Shown here one piece after another: positions 57,465 through 64,000 of a stretch of DNA of 64,000 nucleotides (positions are counted from its first letter, which is position 1; each line of letters opens with the position of its first letter). Source of the stretch: Candidatus Moraniibacteriota bacterium (GTDB lineage Bacteria > Patescibacteriota > Minisyncoccia > Moranbacterales > UBA1568); the NCBI GenBank assembly GCA_028688415.1, contig JAQTYF010000001.1, forward strand, positions 336,627 to 400,626, read 5' to 3'. A program made the translations under genes and the position numbers. Below the pieces are notes generated by a model. It did no database searches. It was not told the DNA's origin and saw only the letters and a program-made list of their open reading frames with translations.

Positions 57465-59519
57465 TTACTCGTCCCCTTTCTTCATATCTTTGATCAGTGC
57501 ACGAACATCGTTCAAATTGACCGCTGGGCGATTTCCCAATGATTGAAATTTTTTGGAACCCATATATTCGATTTGAGCAAGCGAGAGGGGTGCTTCAGAA
57601 GAAACATATGACTTCAAATCTGTGTTTCTTCTTTGTGGGATAGCAGGAGCTGGACGAGTGATTGGTTGATCAGCATTTTTCTTTGCGATAGTATTCCGTT
57701 CTTTAGCGACTGAGCGCTGATAATCACGCAGACATTCGCGACAGAAAGTCGGCCTTTTTCCATCAGGAATAAACGGAACGGTAATATCAGTACCACAAGT
57801 CACACACTGTGTCGGATACAATTTCTTCTCCGTTGGAAGTGTCTCTGTTACAGAAGATATCTCTTTTTCTGGCATTGATACCGACGATTTTTCTTCAGTT
57901 ATTCTTGTCTGCGTCATCGTATCGCGCAGAGATTCAAGAGAGACATCAATAATTCTTTTGGGTGCCAATGCTGGTTCAAATACTGATTGCTTCTCGAGAG
58001 AAGTGACTTCTTTTTGTGTCGTTGTTTTCTTCGCACTGATCAGAGGACGAGGTGATTGAACCGAGGTATTGATATCAGAAGGTTGCTCATGGATACCTCT
58101 TCTGTCAGGAACAGTTCTTCGCTCAATTTGATCATTCGCTACAATCGGCGGTGTTTTCGACACATTTTTTTTCTGAAGAATATGCGCCGTATTCCTCTGT
58201 TCATCAGCGATAGCTTGTCGTTCTTCGGCAGTCAGCATTCCGCTCCAACGACGAATTTTTTCTTCTACGTCTTCGCGACTCGATGAATACCGTTCCCTAG
58301 AATTTTGGATGATTTTTATTTCATTTCCGGCATCTTCGAGCTTGATCGGCGGTAGCGTTGTCGCACTAAACGCGTCTCCAGCAATACCATCGATCATCAA
58401 TTTCAGATAAATCTGAAATTTTGGAAGATTGATAATATCATTCATCATAAAAACTGGCTCGAATTCTTTCTCAAGGAACTCGGCATCCATCGCTCCGACA
58501 CGGAACGAAACAATCGATCCAGCATTTCCAAAAATAGCATCACGCACCGTCTCTTCTATTTGTGTCACATACTGGTTTGCCAAAACGAGGTTGAGATGAT
58601 ATTTACGAGCCTCTGAAAGAATATTAGCAAACGATTCTGTAGCAAAATTCTGGAACTCATCAACATACAGATAAAAATCCTTACGATCTTCCTCAGGAAT
58701 ATCGACACGCCCCATTGCAGCGAGCTGAATTTTCGTAATCATCATTGCGCCAAGAAGCGCTCCATTGTCTTCACCGATGCGTCCTTTGGAAAGGTTGATA
58801 ATGAGAATCTTCCGCTGATCCATTACTTCACGAATATTGAAAGAGGAAACAGTTTGTCCGACGATATTTCTGATAAGAGAACTTGAGAGGAACTGACCCA
58901 CTTTGTTCTGAATTGGAGAAATCACTTCTTGAAGAACGCGATCATTCCACTGTGAAAATTCATCTACCCAAAAACTCCGAACGACAGGATCGGTGATTTT
59001 TTCTACTACTTTCGCTCGATAAGATTTGTCGACAAGAATACGTGTCACACCAAGAAGGGTACTTCCCGGGTACTCGAGCAGTGCCAAAATAGCATTACGC
59101 AAAATATATTCGAGTCGTGGTCCCCAAGAATCTGCCCAGATTTTTTTGAATACACCGACGAGACCCGATGCCACAAGATGACGGTATTCTGGATCGACTT
59201 TTTCCATCACGTTGAAAGCGATTGGGAAGTCCTGATCAGATGGATTGAGATAGATGACATCATTGATACGATTGGAAGGAATAGCCTTGATAAGTTTTTC
59301 CGCCGTATCACCATGAGGGTCGATAAACGCAATCCCGTGTCCTTTCTGAATATCCTGAATAGCAAGGTTTTCGAGCAGGTTGGTCTTTCCCATACCCGTT
59401 TTTCCGATAACATACATGTGACGACGACGATCATCTGTTTTGATACCAAAAATTCTTTCCTGATTTCGGAAATTTGTTTTTGCAAAAAAAGTGATGTCAT
59501 TCTGATCGTGAGTAGCCAT
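57465..59519 (-). CDS. soluble VirD4/TraD/HerA-superfamily P-loop ATPase (coupling-protein-like) with a long disordered linker and a C-terminal CxxC...CxxC zinc ribbon
   Basis: Walker A GKTGMGKTN, then IAFIDPHGD (the DP(H/K)GE motif of HerA/VirB4/VirD4), Walker B FYLYVDEFQNF, then HLNLVLANQYVTQIEETVRDAIFGNAGSIVSFRVG (the TraG/TraD C-terminal-like segment). There are no N-terminal TM helices. C-terminus: YPTQCVTCGTDITVPFIPDGKRPTFCRECL. Confidence 0.6.
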   Translation of the reverse strand: MATHDQNDITFFAKTNFRNQERIFGIKTDDRRRHMYVIGKTGMGKTNLLENLAIQDIQKGHGIAFIDPHGDTAEKLIKAIPSNRINDVIYLNPSDQDFPIAFNVMEKVDPEYRHLVASGLVGVFKKIWADSWGPRLEYILRNAILALLEYPGSTLLGVTRILVDKSYRAKVVEKITDPVVRSFWVDEFSQWNDRVLQEVISPIQNKVGQFLSSSLIRNIVGQTVSSFNIREVMDQRKILIINLSKGRIGEDNGALLGAMMITKIQLAAMGRVDIPEEDRKDFYLYVDEFQNFATESFANILSEARKYHLNLVLANQYVTQIEETVRDAIFGNAGSIVSFRVGAMDAEFLEKEFEPVFMMNDIINLPKFQIYLKLMIDGIAGDAFSATTLPPIKLEDAGNEIKIIQNSRERYSSSREDVEEKIRRWSGMLTAEERQAIADEQRNTAHILQKKNVSKTPPIVANDQIERRTVPDRRGIHEQPSDINTSVQSPRPLISAKKTTTQKEVTSLEKQSVFEPALAPKRIIDVSLESLRDTMTQTRITEEKSSVSMPEKEISSVTETLPTEKKLYPTQCVTCGTDITVPFIPDGKRPTFCRECLRDYQRSVAKERNTIAKKNADQPITRPAPAIPQRRNTDLKSYVSSEAPLSLAQIEYMGSKKFQSLGNRPAVNLNDVRALIKDMKKGDE

Positions 59520-59525
59520 AGTTTA

Positions 59526-60824
59526 CTATTCTTGAATAGGCAAATTAGTTGGAGCACCTCCACGCTTGGAGGAAACACGAGTCAGTGCTGGTGAAGTAAT
59601 AGACATATCTGGGATATGAAAGACCGTTGCCAACTCTTCACTGCTCAATAAAAAGCGAGTTGGTTGAGGATCGGTATCTCTCGTCGTGTATCGACGAAAT
59701 AAACGTCGTTGACGATACCTGAGTCGTTCATCTTTGAAAATATATGCGGAATACGTTTTCGTATCATCATTCGGTTTGAAACCATTCAAGTTTTGGTCGT
59801 TGAACTGTTTGATCGCTCCGATAAAAGCAGAGACACCAGTCGATTTGTCAAACACACTCCTTCTTGCCACATAGACATGACGCATACGAGTACGAAACAT
59901 TTGTTTTCCTATATTCGATTCCAAAGCTTTCAATCTTTCTTTTTCACCAGGGGTGAGACGAAATTCGACAGGAGATTCGTCTTTTGATACCTTCCCCTCG
60001 CTCGATGAGAATGAGAGTTCCTGTCCCATAATCCCCTTACCGAGATTCATCACAATATCCTTGAGATTGAGAATGAGTATTCCGAAAATACCACTTTTTT
60101 CTTCTACTTTTTTTCCGAGAAATGCATCGATAGTTCCCTGTAATTCTTTGGCAATTTTCGGAGAAAGAGGTGTGACAATGAATTGTAACCAGAGATGTTG
60201 TCCGGGACCGATTTTCGCCATTGATTCCACGAGACCTGCGAGAGGATCGATCATTTTCCCTGTCACTGTTTCTTCGAAGTATTTATACGTCTTGATTGGA
60301 TAGAGATCCTCTCCTGCCAAGAGAAAATCCGTCCCCCACAGATCCCATTCATTATTCGGTACGGTACCCGGGACATTGTAGATATAATCCTCCACTTCGA
60401 GAATCTCGACACCCGGATACTGGGCATAGAAATGTGCTTCGACAAGATTACGGAAATTTTTCGGTGAACGTACGTAGAAATGTACTTGCCCCTCAGTGCT
60501 CACTATCTCAAGTGAGAAAGACGTCGGGAATTGTCCTTTGATCCATTGTTCTGCTGTATTTGGAGATGTCTCTACGCCTGCCAATCCTGCATAAATAGAT
60601 TCCATCAAAAGCGGACTCTTTTCAGAATCACGTGGTGGAATGATTTCCAATAATACTTTTTCGATGCCTGAAGCATATTGACCCTCGACATGCTGAACCC
60701 AAAAAACTTTGAAAAGCCAAAAAAGCAGTGGCGGAAAAACAAGAAACCACACGTCCAATAACAGAGAAAAAGATCCAGCAAGTACTTCGAATGAATGTGC
60801 AAACTGTGAGAAAAGAGTGTTCAT
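59526..60824 (-). CDS. membrane protein (N-terminal TM hairpin + ~370-aa soluble domain), unknown function; operon partner of the ATPase
   Basis: Its stop is 6 nt before the ATPase start. Hydrophobic segments are SFSLLLDVWFLVFPPLLFWLFKVFWV. No recognised domain. Confidence 0.45.
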   Translation of the reverse strand: MNTLFSQFAHSFEVLAGSFSLLLDVWFLVFPPLLFWLFKVFWVQHVEGQYASGIEKVLLEIIPPRDSEKSPLLMESIYAGLAGVETSPNTAEQWIKGQFPTSFSLEIVSTEGQVHFYVRSPKNFRNLVEAHFYAQYPGVEILEVEDYIYNVPGTVPNNEWDLWGTDFLLAGEDLYPIKTYKYFEETVTGKMIDPLAGLVESMAKIGPGQHLWLQFIVTPLSPKIAKELQGTIDAFLGKKVEEKSGIFGILILNLKDIVMNLGKGIMGQELSFSSSEGKVSKDESPVEFRLTPGEKERLKALESNIGKQMFRTRMRHVYVARRSVFDKSTGVSAFIGAIKQFNDQNLNGFKPNDDTKTYSAYIFKDERLRYRQRRLFRRYTTRDTDPQPTRFLLSSEELATVFHIPDMSITSPALTRVSSKRGGAPTNLPIQE

Positions 60825-60975
60825 TTTTTTGAGGTTCGTTGACCCCGTTAGATATGGAACAAAAAGAATTCTTTATTTTTCGCGACGATAACACAACGCA
60901 CAAGGAGTTGTTTATTATTACTTTACTATTCTACCATGTTCTTGAAGAAGAGAAAAGTCTGAGGAAGATTGTAGT

Positions 60976-62061
60976 TTATTTCTTGATGCTGTAAAGATTT
61001 TTTCCAGCACGATGAAAATACGTATTCAAATTGATAACCACTGTTGATTTTTTGACTTGACGTATTTTGAATATCTGTGTCAACACCTCTTCGCGAGAAA
61101 GTGGTTTAGAAGCATTGCGGAGTATTTCTTCGAGTACCTCTTTGACCGTACCTTTTTTGTATCCCCATTCAGAGAGTGCGTATGTCCCTCGTCCAATCAA
61201 CACAAAGCGATCATCTTTGATCAGTTCGTTATGCACTGTCTGAGGATGACTCTGATTCTTTTTGTTACTACGAAGTCCGTAACTGTCGATCAGTGAAGCT
61301 ATTTCTCTGAAATGCAATGATTTACCTGTCATTTTCAATACGAGATAGGCTTTTTCTCGTGTACCACGAGGTTTGATATCACTCCATTCTGACAATCCCC
61401 ATTTACCGAAAACATTCTGTTCTATTTCTTTTGCTACAGCAAGAAAACTCATGAGTTCTTGTTTGCTCACTGCATTACCTCCTTCATTGAAACGATCATA
61501 AAGAGTATCGACATCCAAGACCTGCTCCGATGTTTCCAAAATACGTTTTGCCTTGTCTTTGACGAGTTTCCATTGAGGAAAGACGAAGTCGTTTGTCACA
61601 TAGACAGACTTTCGTTCACTGGTAGCTTTTTCTTTTTTGATTGAAGAGAGACACTCAATAAAAATGAGAAGAGCTCCTTGTTCTTTTTTATTCGAAGGAG
61701 CAAGTATATGAAGCAATGTCTCTGTCTGTATAATGCCTTTCTTCTCTTCCAAAACAGCAAAAATGCGATTCTTGACCTGTATAAACAAAGGGTTTTCCTG
61801 TTCTTGAGAGAGAAATCCGAGAGCACTAATAACAATCTGACGTACACGTTCTCGTGTTATTCTGTGCAATCGTCCTATCTCCTCCAATGTCTGTTGCTCT
61901 CCATCGAGAGACAATCCAAAACGTGCAGAAACAATAGTACGCGAACGAGCAGGCAACATTGACAACAACTGCTCTAAAAGAGAAGAAAAAACAACAAAAT
62001 CTTCTTTTTTCAAAGATTTCGAAGATGCCGTTTTCTGCACTTTCTTCTTCATTGATACCAT
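60976..62061 (-). CDS. DNA-binding protein: N-terminal sigma-70 region-4-like HTH + C-terminal HARE-HTH-like winged helix
   Basis: ARFGLSLDGEQQTLEEIGRLHRITRERVRQI resembles sigma region 4. The C-terminal ...HFREIASLI...HPQTVHNELIKDDRFVLIGRGTYALSEWGY resembles HARE-HTH (RNAP delta / Mrr-N-like). Confidence 0.5.
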   Translation of the reverse strand: MVSMKKKVQKTASSKSLKKEDFVVFSSLLEQLLSMLPARSRTIVSARFGLSLDGEQQTLEEIGRLHRITRERVRQIVISALGFLSQEQENPLFIQVKNRIFAVLEEKKGIIQTETLLHILAPSNKKEQGALLIFIECLSSIKKEKATSERKSVYVTNDFVFPQWKLVKDKAKRILETSEQVLDVDTLYDRFNEGGNAVSKQELMSFLAVAKEIEQNVFGKWGLSEWSDIKPRGTREKAYLVLKMTGKSLHFREIASLIDSYGLRSNKKNQSHPQTVHNELIKDDRFVLIGRGTYALSEWGYKKGTVKEVLEEILRNASKPLSREEVLTQIFKIRQVKKSTVVINLNTYFHRAGKNLYSIKK

Positions 62062-62314
62062 ACAAGTATATTTTCACTTTATAATCAGCAGATAAACAAA
62101 GAATTTGATTTCTCGATATCGTTCGAGAAAATGTACTCTCCTCTTGAAATAGCCCCTCAGACGAATGAAATACATATTAACGCATATTCTTAGTTTTTGT
62201 CAACCCCTCTACAAGACCAGCTCTCTCTGGGTATTTTTTCTCTCATTTTTTCTTTATTTCATACTTTCAAAAAAAATAATTTCAGAAATGTGAAACGAGC
62301 GTCTTTTCAATATG

Positions 62315-62343
62315 TTGCATCTATTTCGATAATCGTCTATAAT
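62315..62343 (+). promoter_or_regulatory. sigma70-like promoter TTGCAT-17-TATAAT
   Basis: TTGCAT at 62315-62320, a 17-nt spacer, and TATAAT at 62338-62343. This implies that the annotated ATG at 62345 is not the translation start and that a downstream Met (~62402) is used. Confidence 0.45.
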
Positions 62344-62344
62344 T

Positions 62345-63175
62345 ATGGTGTTGATAAAAAATAAAAAACGACGAAAAAATTCCTCGTCGGAAAATAAAAA
62401 TATGACTTCCAATACCGCTACTCAAATCGATCCTGAATCACGCAACAATGAGGAGCAGGCTATGAAAATTCAGGCCTTGCGTGATATGGTTTTGAGCGCT
62501 GAAAAAACTATTCAGGGCGCCAAGGCAATGCTCCTCCAATTGGAAGGGAAGAAAAAGACTGGTCGCCCAAAGAAAGCAGATCTTGATACAGCAGAAGGAA
62601 CGGTCGTAGAAGGAACATTCGATGGACAGATTATGATCGGCACAGATGGAAGACAATATCCTGTTCCTGCAAACTATGCTTCCAAGTCAAAACTCGTCGA
62701 AGGTGATATGCTCAAACTGACTATTACCAATAGTGGCGCATTTCTCTATAAACAAGTCGGACCTATCAATCGCAATCATGCTATCGCTGTCGTTACTCAA
62801 GATGAGAATGGTAATTATTACGTACTAGCGAACGGCAAACCCTATCGTGTCTTACTCGCTTCTATTACCTATTTCAAAACTGCTCCTGGAGATGAAGTGG
62901 CTATTGTCACACCTCAAGATCCTGGTGCCACATGGGCAGCTATAGAAAATGTGATTCAAAAAGGAGCTCGGGAAGATTGGCAGATTGCCCTCACCAAAGC
63001 TACCGAAGAAAACGAAACTATCAACAACTGGAAGAAAGATCTGAAAGACAAGACGCCTGAGGACACCTCATTTCTCAAGCAAAACAATGAACCAGCCGTA
63101 ACAAACACTCAGACGCTCGATGATTGGGTACGGGATATGGAAGAAATCGAAAAAGAAATCAAACAAGCTCAATAG
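62345..63175 (+). CDS. hypothetical protein with two tandem ~55-aa beta-rich repeats (DUF3006-like); the true start is probably ~62402
   Basis: Internal duplication: TVVEGTFDGQIMIGTDGRQYPVPANYASKSKLVEGDMLKLTI and AIAVVTQDENGNYYVLANGKPYRVLLASITYFKTAPGDEVAIVT. The N-terminus is K/R-rich (KTGRPKK). Confidence 0.4.
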   Translation: MVLIKNKKRRKNSSSENKNMTSNTATQIDPESRNNEEQAMKIQALRDMVLSAEKTIQGAKAMLLQLEGKKKTGRPKKADLDTAEGTVVEGTFDGQIMIGTDGRQYPVPANYASKSKLVEGDMLKLTITNSGAFLYKQVGPINRNHAIAVVTQDENGNYYVLANGKPYRVLLASITYFKTAPGDEVAIVTPQDPGATWAAIENVIQKGAREDWQIALTKATEENETINNWKKDLKDKTPEDTSFLKQNNEPAVTNTQTLDDWVRDMEEIEKEIKQAQ

Positions 63176-63208
63176 AGATACTCTCCCTCGACTATTAAGA
63201 ACATTATA

Positions 63209-63667
63209 ATGCTACGAGACATCCTGAATGATCCGATTCGATTGAGGCGAATTATTAAACAATTTATCAAATTTGTCATTGTTGGCGGTATCAATACCGG
63301 TATCGATTTTTTGGTTTTGAATATTCTCATGCACTTCACCGGCATTGCATCTGGTCCAGAATTATTTTTGCTCAATAGCATTTCTTTCTCCGTTGCTGTT
63401 TTTAATAGTTATTTCATGAATAAGCATTGGACATTCCAAGACAAAACAAAAACAGAACAAGAACCTATCAAATTCTCAGCCTTTTTTATTATCAGTGTCA
63501 TTGGTCTCTTTCTCAACGGTCTGATACTGACGAGCGTCACTACTTTTATCCCTCCTTTCTTCGGTCTCAGCGCTGTACTCTGGACCAACATTGCCAAACT
63601 CTTTGCAACAGGTTTCTCTATGCTCTGGAACTTTGTCGGCTACAAACTCTTTGTGTTCAAAAAATAG
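63209..63667 (+). CDS. GtrA-family membrane protein
   Basis: 152 aa, 4 TM, with a FIKFVIVGGINTGIDFLVLNIL N-terminus typical of GtrA-like proteins. Confidence 0.65.
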   Translation: MLRDILNDPIRLRRIIKQFIKFVIVGGINTGIDFLVLNILMHFTGIASGPELFLLNSISFSVAVFNSYFMNKHWTFQDKTKTEQEPIKFSAFFIISVIGLFLNGLILTSVTTFIPPFFGLSAVLWTNIAKLFATGFSMLWNFVGYKLFVFKK

Positions 63668-63833
63668 TACATGGCTTTTTTGTTTGTAGCTTATTAGCTT
63701 GCGAAAAATAAACAGAAAGAAGCTCCTCAATGGGCTTTTTTCTTTTCTAAAAATCTAAAAAAGTGTACAATAACATTATTGTAATCGGAGTGCTTTAAGA
63801 AGCTACAAGCTAATAAGCTAATAAGCTAAAACA

Positions 63834-64000
63834 ATGTCTACATCCACTACTCTTTATCGCAAATACCGTCCTCAGACATTCGCAGATGTCGTCGGACAAA
63901 AACATATTGTCACGACGCTTACCAACGCTCTTCAATTCGCACGCGTCGGCCAATCCTATCTCTTCACCGGACCACGTGGTACAGGAAAAACAACACTCGC
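63834..64000 (+). CDS. dnaX: DNA polymerase III subunit gamma/tau (5' end of the gene; it runs off the right edge)
   Basis: MSTSTTLYRKYRPQTFADVVGQKHIVTTLTNALQFARVGQSYLFTGPRGTGKTTL, i.e. the canonical DnaX N-terminus with Walker A. Absent from the ORF track because it is truncated. Confidence 0.85.
   Translation, partial: MSTSTTLYRKYRPQTFADVVGQKHIVTTLTNALQFARVGQSYLFTGPRGTGKTTL

Noticed and set aside
63685-63833. SRP (4.5S/ffs) RNA expected upstream of dnaX by synteny
   Set aside because: The conserved domain-IV motif (AGGUCAGGUCCGGAAGGAAGCAGC-like) is absent. Only an AT-rich inverted repeat is present.

Overview
This 64-kb window comes from a low-GC (~35-40%), gene-dense bacterial chromosome that uses the standard genetic code (long ORFs are intact with TGA read as stop). 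About 85% of the genes lie on the minus strand. The backbone is housekeeping: secD-secF-tyrS-pheS-pheT followed by an RNase P RNA gene that the ORF track misses, then ABC-F ATPases, a PBP1A, a MacAB-like efflux operon, rnhA, recJ, dnaJ, glycosyltransferases, ispH-pyrH-proS, an HtrA/PrsA envelope quality-control cluster, and the start of dnaX. The small-genome, symbiont-like flavour resembles CPR/Patescibacteria, but that is only an inference. Four parts look accessory or unusual. (1) Coordinates ~1.8-9.4 kb form a defence-island-like stretch. It carries an M.HhaI-like C5 methyltransferase with an overlapping endonuclease gene. It also carries a Shedu/DUF4263-like nuclease co-transcribed with two paralogous small WYL-like proteins, a DUF3800-like gene, and a NYN-domain gene bracketed by ~100-bp palindromic direct repeats. 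A 15-mer occurs three times in the intergenic DNA. (2) SecD contains an embedded, apparently circularly permuted parvulin-like PPIase module. (3) A three-gene surface operon (44.2-48.2 kb) encodes a 735-aa cysteine-rich secreted protein with TSP1-like, FN3-like and four tandem Cys-repeat modules. (4) A module at 57.5-62.1 kb encodes a soluble VirD4/TraD/HerA-like P-loop ATPase with a C-terminal zinc ribbon, a membrane partner, and a sigma-region-4 + HARE-HTH-like DNA-binding protein. One HtrA paralog has lost all three catalytic residues. I found no CRISPR arrays, tRNAs, rRNAs, transposases or integrases. All calls rest on motif recognition by eye; none was confirmed by a search.
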